NCBI GenBank assembly: GCA_035698825.1
Contig: DASSBK010000160.1
Location: 1-47,460, forward strand
DNA from: Gemmatimonadota bacterium
Lineage (GTDB): Bacteria; Gemmatimonadota; Gemmatimonadetes; JACCXV01; JAHWKZ01
Direction of reading: 5' to 3'
Length of the DNA: 47,460 nt
Below are positions 28,238 to 36,690 of the stretch, piece after piece. Positions within the stretch are counted from its first letter, which is position 1, and each line of letters starts with the position of its first letter. The notes beneath the pieces are model-generated. The model had not been told where the DNA came from. It saw only the letters and a program-made list of their open reading frames with translations, and ran no database searches. The position numbers and the translations under genes were made by a program.

Positions 28238-29202
28238 GAAGCCGCCTCCGCGGCGTGATCGCCCTCGGCGGGAGCCTCGCGACCCGGCAACGCTCCGTCA
28301 CGCGACCCGGTGGGCATCGCGAGCCGTGGGCCCCGCGCCGCCAGGCCGACCGCCCACAGCAGGCCCAGCGTCTCGGCCACCAGCGTCACCGGGATCCACC
28401 ACGGGCGGCGCAGGTGGTGTCGGGTCCGGACCGAGCGCGCGAGCCGCCCGGCGATCTTCACGGGAGCGGAAGCCGGCGAGCTCGTCCGCAGGATGCGGTA
28501 GAAGGCACCCACCGAGTGACCCGGCCGGATCGTCCGCAGGTGGCTGCCGTAGGACCGCGTGCCGCCCGCGGGGGCCCGGAGGTGCCGGACCGTGGCCCCC
28601 GGCTCGAACAGGACGCGGGCGCCAGCCGCGATCGCGCGCGCGCAGAGCTCCGCCTCGTAGCCGTACGCCGCGCGAACGAAGTTTTCGTCGACCCCTCCGA
28701 TCCGGAGCGCGAGATCGCGCCGGATCGAGAAATTCGCGCCGATCGCCTCCGTCACCCAGCTGCGCCCGGCGGCGTTGAACCGGAATGGAGTGGACGTCCC
28801 CGGCACGGGCTCCTCGCCGGGCTGAAGGACCTGCCCCGCCACCACCGACGCCCCGGACCTCCGATGCGCGTCGCGGTGCGCGGCGATCAATGCCGGACCG
28901 GGGATCACGTCGTCGTCCAGGAAGAGCACGATCTCCGATCGCGCGCGGCGGAGCCCGACGTTCATGGCGGCCGGTATCGATGGGTCCCGCAGCCGGATCC
29001 AGTCGATCGCCGCCGCCGCCGCGAGGTCCTCGAGCTCGCGCTCGACGTCGGGCGAGTGGCGCGGCGTCTGATCGACGACGAGGACCTCGGAGGGCGGCGG
29101 AACCAGCTCCAGCACGCGGCGCACCGTCTCCACCAGGACCCGATCCCGCCCGTAGGTGACGATGACCGCGGAGACTCCGCCCCCCTCGGGCGCGGCGCTC
29201 AT
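28234..29202 (-). CDS. GT2-family glycosyltransferase
   Basis: 322 aa from ATG 29202 (ATGA overlap). VSAVIVTYGRDRVL...VLVVDQT...FLDDDVIPGP (DxD) and GANFSIRRDLALRIGGVDENF. Confidence 0.8.
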   Translation of the reverse strand: MSAAPEGGGVSAVIVTYGRDRVLVETVRRVLELVPPPSEVLVVDQTPRHSPDVERELEDLAAAAAIDWIRLRDPSIPAAMNVGLRRARSEIVLFLDDDVIPGPALIAAHRDAHRRSGASVVAGQVLQPGEEPVPGTSTPFRFNAAGRSWVTEAIGANFSIRRDLALRIGGVDENFVRAAYGYEAELCARAIAAGARVLFEPGATVRHLRAPAGGTRSYGSHLRTIRPGHSVGAFYRILRTSSPASAPVKIAGRLARSVRTRHHLRRPWWIPVTLVAETLGLLWAVGLAARGPRLAMPTGSRDGALPGREAPAEGDHAAEAAS

Positions 29203-30173
29203 TCGGGCCGGGCCCGCCAGCGCCCGATCGTCGACCCCGCGCCGGCCTGGAGCAGGCGCAGCCAGCTCGGCGCGTGGAGCGGGCGCAGCCGGACCGCCCG
29301 GCCGAGGTAGCCGAGGCATCGCAGGTCCTCGTTCCGGCGGAGCGCTTCCCCGATGAAGTAGTTGGCGGCCGCGATCCGCCGCGCGCCGTGCGCGGGTCCC
29401 TCGGGCTTGAGGATCGACGCCAGCTCGAGCACTTCCGCTTCCGACCGTCCTGCCCGGCGCAGCTCGAACGCGCGGCGCGCGAGCCGCCCCAGACGGTGCT
29501 GAACCTCGCGAAACGAAGAGCTCCGGCTCGCCGGCAGCACCAGCGCGACGTAGAGCGCCTCGGGCAGGACCTGGTAGCGGCCCGCCTCCGCCAACCGGTA
29601 CCAGAGGTCGTGGTCCTGCGCCAGGTAGAACTCCCGCCGATAGCCGCCCACCCGCTCGTACGCGTCCCGGCGGAACATCACGCTGCCATGATGGGTGGGG
29701 AGATCCGTCAGGGTGACTCTTCCGCTCTCCTCGACCACGATGTCCGCGGGCGCGCGGGCCCGACCGGAATCCCGCGTCGTGTACAGGTACTCCATCCGAG
29801 GCCCGCGATACTCGGTCCAGCACGAGACGAAGGCCAGCTCGGGGTCCGCGTCCAGGGCGCGCTTCTGGCCGGCCAGGCGTCCGGGGAGCGAGAGGTCCGC
29901 GGCGTCCTGCCGCGCGACGTACGGGCCGCGGGCCCGGGAGCAGCCGAGGATCAGGGCCTCGGTGAGGCCGAGCCGCTCCTGGCGGAGGAGGCGCACACGC
30001 GGGTCGCGAGCCGCGAAGCCGCGGAGGAGATCGCCGGAGCCGTCCGTCGATCCGTCGTCGACGACGATCAGCTCGAGGTCGACGCCCTCCTGCGCGAGGA
30101 CGCTCCGCATGGTCGCTTCCAGGTATTCGCCCGCGTCCTGGACGCTCATGACTACGCTGACGGAGACGCTCAT
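29199..30173 (-). CDS. GT2-family glycosyltransferase
   Basis: 324 aa from ATG 30173 (ATGA overlap). VSVSVVMSVQDAGEYLEATMRSVLAQ...LIVVDDGSTDGS...YVARQDAAD, then QDHDLWYRL. Confidence 0.8.
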   Translation of the reverse strand: MSVSVSVVMSVQDAGEYLEATMRSVLAQEGVDLELIVVDDGSTDGSGDLLRGFAARDPRVRLLRQERLGLTEALILGCSRARGPYVARQDAADLSLPGRLAGQKRALDADPELAFVSCWTEYRGPRMEYLYTTRDSGRARAPADIVVEESGRVTLTDLPTHHGSVMFRRDAYERVGGYRREFYLAQDHDLWYRLAEAGRYQVLPEALYVALVLPASRSSSFREVQHRLGRLARRAFELRRAGRSEAEVLELASILKPEGPAHGARRIAAANYFIGEALRRNEDLRCLGYLGRAVRLRPLHAPSWLRLLQAGAGSTIGRWRARPE

Positions 30174-31048
30174 CCTGCCAGGACCCTTTCCGCGCGCTCC
30201 CTCCACGCGCTCACCGGATGCCCGAAGCGCTCCTCCAGGATCCGCAGATCCTGGATGCACGTTCGAGCGAGCTCGCGTTCGACCGCGGCCGGAATCGGCT
30301 TCGGCGCTCCTCCGTGGACGATCCGATACAGATCGGGAGTCAGGACCGAGTCGTCCGTCGCGACTCCCAGGAAATCGAAGATACGCGTCAGGAGCGCGCG
30401 GGGATCGGAGCGGACCTCTTCCATGAACCCGGTGAAGATCCGATCCGGCGGAAAATGGCGGCTCCAGGCATCGAGCGTCCCCCGGTAGTCGCCGCGCGCC
30501 ACGACCATCGGATCCCCAGCCAGCGTCAGCGCCACCCCTTCGGAGTCCAGCGACAACCCTCTCAGCCGTGCGAGCATCCTCATGTTCGACCACGCGCGAT
30601 CAATGGGATCCCGCATCAGGTACAGGATCCGGAGATGGGGAAAGGCATCCCGAACCCGGCCGACTTCGTCAGCGGACAGGAGCGCATATTCGGGCGTGAT
30701 CTCTCCGGTGACTCTGGACGATCCGGCGCGGAAGAGAGATTGGTACCAGGCATCGCTCCGCCGGCCGAGGAAGAAGAGCAGGTCCCAACGGACCCGGCGC
30801 GCATCGAACGATCGCAGATCGGACAGGAGGCGCGGCTTCATCGTGCGTCTCAACCGCCGATTGACCCAATCCCTCCCCCACAGTCGCCCCGCGATTCCAG
30901 CATGCGAGTCTTCGCTGCGATGCGTGAAGTAGTGAAGCTCCTTGATCGGCGGAAGCCAGAGACGGGGGTGAGCGCGAAGGCACCTGTAGAGCCAGGTGCT
31001 CGCGGCTTTCTGGGCTCCGATTCCCAGGAAGTGTGGAAGCTCATCCAC
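30170..31048 (-). CDS. PAPS-dependent sulfotransferase (Sulfotransfer_1-like, HS3ST/NDST-like motifs)
   Basis: 292 aa. 5'-PSB loop FLGIGAQKAASTWLY and 3'-PB segment ILYLMRDPIDRAWS. The GTG start at 31048 overlaps the upstream gene by 8 nt. Confidence 0.8.
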   Translation of the reverse strand: MDELPHFLGIGAQKAASTWLYRCLRAHPRLWLPPIKELHYFTHRSEDSHAGIAGRLWGRDWVNRRLRRTMKPRLLSDLRSFDARRVRWDLLFFLGRRSDAWYQSLFRAGSSRVTGEITPEYALLSADEVGRVRDAFPHLRILYLMRDPIDRAWSNMRMLARLRGLSLDSEGVALTLAGDPMVVARGDYRGTLDAWSRHFPPDRIFTGFMEEVRSDPRALLTRIFDFLGVATDDSVLTPDLYRIVHGGAPKPIPAAVERELARTCIQDLRILEERFGHPVSAWRERAERVLAG

Positions 31049-31826
31049 TGCCGTATCCCCAACGGCGCATGGCCTCGCCCGCGACTTCGTCCACGGCGGC
31101 TCGGCTGGTGGAATCGAGATGCTGGTCGGACCTGGGGTCGGGACGTCGGATCAGACTCGTGTCGAACGCCCGGGCGTCCACGCCGAGATACGCGGCGATC
31201 CCTTCCACGCAGCGGCGCGGATCATCGACCAGATCCTCGAATCGCACGGCGTGCACTCGCGACAGGTTCCGCTCCACGCTCTCGATCGCCCGCACCCAGT
31301 TCGCCGCCACCTTTGCAGGAGTGTCGATCCGTTCCGTCCAGCTCCGGCCGCGCCATGCGGTGCGCACGCGCGCCAGGGTGGACGCCGTCACCGGACGACA
31401 GTCCCGGATGATGACGATGCGGCGGAGCCCTTCCCGGAACGCCAGGTCGTCGAGCTCGAACACGTACCGCGGCAGCTTGTCACCGACCCACAGGCGGCGG
31501 AGCGTCCGGGACAGCAGGTCCGCCACGGTCTCGAGCCCGACCACCTCGCCTCGGCGCCGCCACAGGCGGTAGCGGAACTCGCCCACGAAGCGCCGGCTCG
31601 TCCAGGCCCTCGCGCGCGGTGTCCCCGCTCCCACGCCCCGCACGGGGCGATCCCGAAAGCCGAGCCGCAGGCTCCGACGATATTCCGGGTACGGACTGTC
31701 CAGCCGCTCGAATGCGCCCAGCTCGAACGTGGCCTCCACGTCGGGATGGGTGTTCAGGAGTCGGGTGAGCACGGTGGTTCCCGAGCGCGGGTGGCCGGTT
31801 ACGAGGAACGGGTGGGGATGGATCAC
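31041..31826 (-). CDS. PAPS-dependent sulfotransferase (Sulfotransfer_3-like)
   Basis: 261 aa from GTG 31826, 2 nt after the upstream TAG. FLVTGHPRSGTTVLTRLL and IVIIRDCRPVTAS; the C-terminus has RFEDLVDDP....IAAYLGV, typical of the family. Confidence 0.75.
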   Translation of the reverse strand: MIHPHPFLVTGHPRSGTTVLTRLLNTHPDVEATFELGAFERLDSPYPEYRRSLRLGFRDRPVRGVGAGTPRARAWTSRRFVGEFRYRLWRRRGEVVGLETVADLLSRTLRRLWVGDKLPRYVFELDDLAFREGLRRIVIIRDCRPVTASTLARVRTAWRGRSWTERIDTPAKVAANWVRAIESVERNLSRVHAVRFEDLVDDPRRCVEGIAAYLGVDARAFDTSLIRRPDPRSDQHLDSTSRAAVDEVAGEAMRRWGYGSG

Positions 31827-31828
31827 GC

Positions 31829-32740
31829 CTACACCCCGGCGTCCGCGTATCCCCAGTGCGCCAGCTCCTCCGCCGCGACGGTGTGGAAGCGGCGCGCCTC
31901 GCTCCTGGTCCAGGACCGCCAGCGACCCACCGGATCGAAGCCCTCCGAGGCGGCCTCCTCTCCGCTCCAGTCCAGTCCTTCGGCAGGCTCTCCGACGAAC
32001 GACGAGCCCCGGACACCGATGGCCGCCAGGGCGCTCCACGCGAAGTCTTCGTGCGGCAGGTGGAGGAACTCGAGGATCCCGCGTATCTGGGCTTCCGGCT
32101 CCCGCACCAGGTCCTCGAAGCGCACCACGCGTGCCCGCTCGGCGGCCTCCGGCGTCTCCAGAAACGCGCGCACTCCACGGCTCGCGTCGCGCCAGCGGCT
32201 CGCCAGTTCTTCGATGGGACCGCGGAACGCCCGGCGGTAGGTGCGGGGGTGGAGGATGTGGAAGCCCGGCGGCTTCGCGAAGGACGTGCGCAACGACGAG
32301 CACGCGATGTCCCGCCCGTCCCGCATGAGGACGATCAGCTGAGAACGGGGGAAGAAACGGGGGAAGCGGTCGAGATTCCGGACGGACGGTTCCTTGAGCA
32401 CGATGCGCTGACCCGCGGGAATCCCGGCGGAGGCCCACTCGAGCCATGCGTCCCCAACGAGCGCCAGCACGTCGTCCTCTTCCAAACCCGGCAACTTCGG
32501 AGCGCGCGCCATCGCGCGCGCATACGTGACCAGGGGATCGGAGTTGCGCAGGTGCGGGAACTCCCAGATGCGGCGCGGACTCGCGGAGAGAGCGGGATGG
32601 CATCGGAGCGCCCGGGCGAGGTAGTTGGTGCCCGACCGGGGCAGCACCCCGTGCACGAAGACGTCGCCGCTCCTCAGGACTTCCCCCGCCGCGCCCGGCG
32701 GCGATCGAGCGCGCACATCAGGCTTCCCAGGCGGTGCCAT
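31829..32740 (-). CDS. PAPS-dependent sulfotransferase (Sulfotransfer_3-like); start uncertain
   Basis: VFVHGVLPRSGTNYLARAL, LIVLMRDGRDIACS and VRFEDLVREPE...ILEFLHL. ATG 32740 (MAPPGKPDV...) overlaps the upstream GT2 by 67 nt. GTG 32716 and CTG 32677 are alternatives. GTG 32656 would remove the strand preceding the P-loop. Confidence 0.7.
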   Translation of the reverse strand: MAPPGKPDVRARSPPGAAGEVLRSGDVFVHGVLPRSGTNYLARALRCHPALSASPRRIWEFPHLRNSDPLVTYARAMARAPKLPGLEEDDVLALVGDAWLEWASAGIPAGQRIVLKEPSVRNLDRFPRFFPRSQLIVLMRDGRDIACSSLRTSFAKPPGFHILHPRTYRRAFRGPIEELASRWRDASRGVRAFLETPEAAERARVVRFEDLVREPEAQIRGILEFLHLPHEDFAWSALAAIGVRGSSFVGEPAEGLDWSGEEAASEGFDPVGRWRSWTRSEARRFHTVAAEELAHWGYADAGV

Positions 32741-33657
32741 CCCACGACCGCGGCGAGCGCGCCGTAGATTCGAAGGTCGAGCCTGCCGTCGCCGTCGCCC
32801 TTCGCCGCCCGGCCGGCCAGCGCATGGAGCTGGCGCGCTTCGGCGGCCAACCCGGCCGCGCCGCATTGCCGGGAAAGGAGGAAGAGCTCCCGGACGTAGT
32901 GGCGCATCTCCTCGTCCCGCGGCCCGATCCCCGCCCGCACCGCATGGCCGAAGATCAGCGCGTGCGCGGCCGCCCGGTCGCGCAGCTTCGCCGGGTCGCT
33001 CGATCCGTTGCGGCTCAGGCGGTCGGCGGCATGGCCGCGCTGCTCGGACACGAACTCGGGCACGTACGCCAGCCGGTACCCGAGGGCCGCCACCCGGCAG
33101 TCGTACTCCCAGTCCTCCTCGTTCCATAGCGCCGTCCACGGGCCCGCCGCGTCGGTCACGCTGCGGCGGTAGAGCGGCGTCGACGTGCCCCACCAGCGGT
33201 CGACCAGGAACGACGGGAACATGCTCACGATCCGCTCCCCTGTGCGTCGCCACGCGCGATCAGCTCCGCCTCCGGCCTCGTCGACATAGCGGGTCTTCCC
33301 GTAGCACACGCCGCACTCGGGATCATCGCCGAGGGCGCACACCTGGCTTTCGAACTTCCCCGGGAGCAGCACGTCGTCGCTGTCCAGGTACTGGATGAAC
33401 TCCCCGCGCGCCTGCCTGCGACCGGTCTCGCGCGCGACGCCGGGGCCGCCGTTGGGAATGTGGTAGGCGCGCACCTCGGGATGATGCTCGGCCAGGGAGT
33501 CCGCCACCCGGGACGTATCGTCCGTCGATCCGTCGTCGACGATGAGGACCTCCACCGGACGGTACGACTGCGCGAGCACGCTCTCGACGGCTTCGACCAG
33601 CATCGCCGGTCTGTCGTGCACCGGAACGATCGTCGACACGAGCCCGGGCTCGATCAC
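32674..33657 (-). CDS. GT2-family glycosyltransferase
   Basis: 327 aa. The GTG start overlaps the upstream stop (GTGA). VSTIVPVHDRPAMLVEAVESVLAQ...VLIVDDGSTDDT...YLDSDD. Confidence 0.85.
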   Translation of the reverse strand: MIEPGLVSTIVPVHDRPAMLVEAVESVLAQSYRPVEVLIVDDGSTDDTSRVADSLAEHHPEVRAYHIPNGGPGVARETGRRQARGEFIQYLDSDDVLLPGKFESQVCALGDDPECGVCYGKTRYVDEAGGGADRAWRRTGERIVSMFPSFLVDRWWGTSTPLYRRSVTDAAGPWTALWNEEDWEYDCRVAALGYRLAYVPEFVSEQRGHAADRLSRNGSSDPAKLRDRAAAHALIFGHAVRAGIGPRDEEMRHYVRELFLLSRQCGAAGLAAEARQLHALAGRAAKGDGDGRLDLRIYGALAAVVGWHRLGSLMCALDRRRARRGKS

Positions 33658-34706
33658 GGGGCCGCTCCGCGGGCCGCGGCGTACGCGGGGTCCGGACCCT
33701 CGATCCGACCGAAGGCCCGCGCGGTCAGCTCACGGACGCGAGCTTCGGCGGGCAGGGCCGAGCGCTCGTCCAGCAGCCTCGCGGTGTCGCGGTCGCGCGC
33801 TCCTTTGCCCGGCTGCCCGGCGTGGTGGAGATGGACCAGCGGGAGGTAGCCCCAGTGCCAGACCGTGCGCACCGCGCAGCGCTCCCAGAACTCGTTGTCC
33901 TCGCCGCCCCATCCGACGAACTCCTCGTCGAAGCCGCCGAGCGCGAAGAACGCGTCGCGATCGACCGCGACGCTGCCGCCTCCCTCGAGGTTCTGAATCA
34001 CCCGCTCCGGACGTCCCGCGACGGGAGCCCCGGCCAGGACGCGCGCGCTCTCTCGCTCGTCGAGGTAGAAGACGAAGCGCTTGAGATTCATCACCTCGTA
34101 TCCCTTCCCCCGGATCGCCAGCGCTTCGGCCGCATAGCCGCGGGGCACCAGCATGTCGTTGTCGTGGAAGACGAGCATCCCGCCTTGCGCTGCGCGCGCG
34201 CCGACGTTGAACGCCCACGCCCGTGAGTAAGGCATCCCCTCGGGGATCGGCGTATGAAGGTACCGCACCCAGGCGGGGAGGCAGCCGGCCAGCTCCTGCC
34301 GCGCCGATTGCTCGACCAGCACGCATTCGATCGCCGGGCCCGCCTGCGCCGCGATCGTGGCGAGGACGCGCGACAGATGAGGAACGCGATCGGTCCCCCG
34401 ATGCCCGATCACGAACGTCACGTCGGGCTCGCGCGAGGGCTGCGGCCGATCGGCGAACGCGAGCGGCCATTCCCGGAGAGCCCGCGCCATGAGGCGGCCC
34501 CCCAGGGAGGGAAAGACGTCGCAGGCGTGCAGCCGACTCGTCCAGCGGCCCTCGGGGCTCGCGCCCTGGCCCCCGGGGCCCAGCCGGATCCGATCGCGGC
34601 GATTCCCGATCCGCGTCCAGTGCCTGCCGCGGGACCCGGCCGGGCCGTGGAGGTTCCACTCGTACGAGGGCCAGTCCAGGAGGATCGCGCCGAGCCTTGC
34701 CCGCAT
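33654..34706 (-). CDS. Glycosyltransferase with a galactosyltransferase-type C-terminal (Glyco_transf_7C-like) signature
   Basis: 350 aa from ATG 34706, 8 nt after the upstream stop. VTFVIGHRGTDRVPHL, FHDNDMLVP (DxD) and GGFDEEFVGWGGEDNEFWERC, which resembles the WGGEDDD region of beta-1,4-GalT-type enzymes. Confidence 0.7.
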   Translation of the reverse strand: MRARLGAILLDWPSYEWNLHGPAGSRGRHWTRIGNRRDRIRLGPGGQGASPEGRWTSRLHACDVFPSLGGRLMARALREWPLAFADRPQPSREPDVTFVIGHRGTDRVPHLSRVLATIAAQAGPAIECVLVEQSARQELAGCLPAWVRYLHTPIPEGMPYSRAWAFNVGARAAQGGMLVFHDNDMLVPRGYAAEALAIRGKGYEVMNLKRFVFYLDERESARVLAGAPVAGRPERVIQNLEGGGSVAVDRDAFFALGGFDEEFVGWGGEDNEFWERCAVRTVWHWGYLPLVHLHHAGQPGKGARDRDTARLLDERSALPAEARVRELTARAFGRIEGPDPAYAAARGAAP

Positions 34707-34714
34707 CGCCGCCT

Positions 34715-35713
34715 TCACGCCGCCCGGGTCCGCGTGCGTCGCGGGCCGTCGGGGCGCAGGATCGCGCGTCCCAGGCCGGCCGCGAACCTCGGGTCGAGCG
34801 CCCACCGCGGGTCGCGCGCGAGCAGCCGGCCCGCGAAGCGCACCGCCGCCCTCCGCCCTATCCCGCTTCCCAGCCGGTGGAGGCACCATCGCGCCTTGTC
34901 CCGATACGCGCGCGACAGGACCGCGACGTTCCCGGGAGAGACCTGCGGCGATCGTCGGGCCCACGCCAGCACGTCGCTGAGGACCCCGACGTCCCGCAGG
35001 CTGTCCAGCGCGCCCGGCTTCCAGATGTTGCCTTCGTGTCTGCGGTAGAGTGCCACCGGGCGCGCGATCTCCCCGACGGAGAAACGCCCGCAGGCCGCCA
35101 TCCGAAGCCAGAGGTGGAAGTCCTCGCTGCGCTCCCGCGTCGGCCGGAAGAGGCCCGCCTTCGCGAACATCCGGGCCCGCACCAGGATGTTGGACGTGTG
35201 CAGCGAACAGCTTTTGTGAAGGAGGCAGGCGGCCAGGAACCCGTCGGCCGGAATCGCGGTCGTTCGGGGCCCATACATGAGAGCCCGCTCGCCCCAGCGC
35301 TTCCGTTCGGCGGCATCATCGAACAGCATCTCCGTCACCTCGACGACCCCATCCAGGGAGGCGTCACCGTCGAGGAGATCCACGGAGCGTCGGAAGCGGT
35401 GCGGCAGCATGATGTCGTCGGAGTCGAGGAAGCAGACGTACGCGCCGCGCGCGGCTTCGATCGCCAGGTTGCGGCTCGCCGGGGAGCCCAGATTCCGGCC
35501 GCCGGGGTGACGCAGGACGCGCACCACCCCCGGGTTGCGGGCGCGGATGACTTCCACGACCCGGCTCGTTCCGTCGGTCGAGCCGTCGTCGACGAGGAGG
35601 ACCTCCAGGGCCGGATACTCCGTCGCCAGGACCGATTCCACGCTCTCCCGGACGAATCGCTCGCGGTCGAAGACGGGGATGATCACGCTGACCTTCGTCG
35701 CGGACGCGCTCAT
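34715..35713 (-). CDS. GT2-family glycosyltransferase (paralog of 39010-39936)
   Basis: 332 aa from ATG 35713 (ATGA overlap). VSVIIPVFDRERFVRESVESVLAT...LLVDDGSTDGT...GSPASRNLAIEAARGAYVCFLDSDD. Confidence 0.85.
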   Translation of the reverse strand: MSASATKVSVIIPVFDRERFVRESVESVLATEYPALEVLLVDDGSTDGTSRVVEVIRARNPGVVRVLRHPGGRNLGSPASRNLAIEAARGAYVCFLDSDDIMLPHRFRRSVDLLDGDASLDGVVEVTEMLFDDAAERKRWGERALMYGPRTTAIPADGFLAACLLHKSCSLHTSNILVRARMFAKAGLFRPTRERSEDFHLWLRMAACGRFSVGEIARPVALYRRHEGNIWKPGALDSLRDVGVLSDVLAWARRSPQVSPGNVAVLSRAYRDKARWCLHRLGSGIGRRAAVRFAGRLLARDPRWALDPRFAAGLGRAILRPDGPRRTRTRAA

Positions 35714-36690
35714 GCGCGCTCGCCTGGCGGCCAATCGGTCGAATCCCGGTAGATGGGCGGGCCGCATCGCTCCCAGGTGCTCCGGATCACCTCCAGGTCG
35801 GCGGCGGGAACTCGCGTCCGCCAGCGATCCGCGAGCGCGGCGCTCACCCGCACGACTCCGTGCTCGCCGTCCGCGCCGTTCCCCTTGCCGGCGGTCAGCC
35901 GCACGTGCTCCCGCCGGACGCACTCGTCGTGGGCCAGGTCGAGGCGTTCGAACAGCGCCCGGAATCCGCCGATCGGGTCGCGGCAGAGCTCCTCGAAGAA
36001 CACGCGGATCATCGATCCGGGGTTGCGCTCGGAGAAGTCCCACAGCGCGCTCGCGACGCAGGCGCAGAAGACGGTGCCGGAGAAGGCATCCTCCCGGCCG
36101 GCAGCCTCTTCCATCGCTCCCGCCATGGGACTCAGCGGCCCCTTCATGAGTGCCGGGTTCGCCAGGAGCCTCCGGACGAGCGACCCGGTCGGCCAGCCCA
36201 GGCGAAGAAAGCTGCCGACGACGGCGGCGGGGTGGCGGAACACGATCAACGCCCTCATACCGTGACGGCGCACCAGATATTCGGAGAGGAGGGCCGCCGA
36301 CGGATCCTTGATCAGCACGCGGCGCGGCGTGATCGGCAGGAGGCGCAGGGGCATGAACCAGCGGCCCGACCTCGGCAGCCGGAGGGTGGCGCGGTGCCCG
36401 CCGCCGAGGAGCCGCGACACCAGCCGGTCGATGTCCGGCCGCGCCGCTCCGGCTTCGGCGTACGCGAGCTCCTCTTCCCATAACCCCCGGTTCGGGTTGA
36501 ACGGCTCGTGGAGGTGCCACAACCCGGCTGGCGCGAGCATCGCTCCGGCCCACGTGGTTCCCGATCGATAGACGCCGGTGACCAGGATGGGCGGTCCGGG
36601 GCTGACGGACAGAAGCGCGCGGCGCGTGGCCGGATACCCGCGCCATGCGGACCAGGCCTGCCCGGCGGCGAGCCTCACCGGGGCGAACAT
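35710..36690 (-). CDS. PAPS-dependent sulfotransferase (Sulfotransfer_3-like)
   Basis: ILVTGVYRSGTTWAGAML and ALIVFRHPAAVVGS. ATG 36690 gives 326 aa with a 16-nt overlap. GTG 36678 would instead give a GTGA overlap with the upstream stop. Confidence 0.7.
   Translation of the reverse strand: MFAPVRLAAGQAWSAWRGYPATRRALLSVSPGPPILVTGVYRSGTTWAGAMLAPAGLWHLHEPFNPNRGLWEEELAYAEAGAARPDIDRLVSRLLGGGHRATLRLPRSGRWFMPLRLLPITPRRVLIKDPSAALLSEYLVRRHGMRALIVFRHPAAVVGSFLRLGWPTGSLVRRLLANPALMKGPLSPMAGAMEEAAGREDAFSGTVFCACVASALWDFSERNPGSMIRVFFEELCRDPIGGFRALFERLDLAHDECVRREHVRLTAGKGNGADGEHGVVRVSAALADRWRTRVPAADLEVIRSTWERCGPPIYRDSTDWPPGERA

Noticed and set aside
32654-32656. GTG at 32656 as a non-overlapping start for the third sulfotransferase.
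   Set aside because: It would leave only 5 residues before the PRSGT PAPS loop and delete the beta-strand (VFVHGV) that precedes the loop in this fold.
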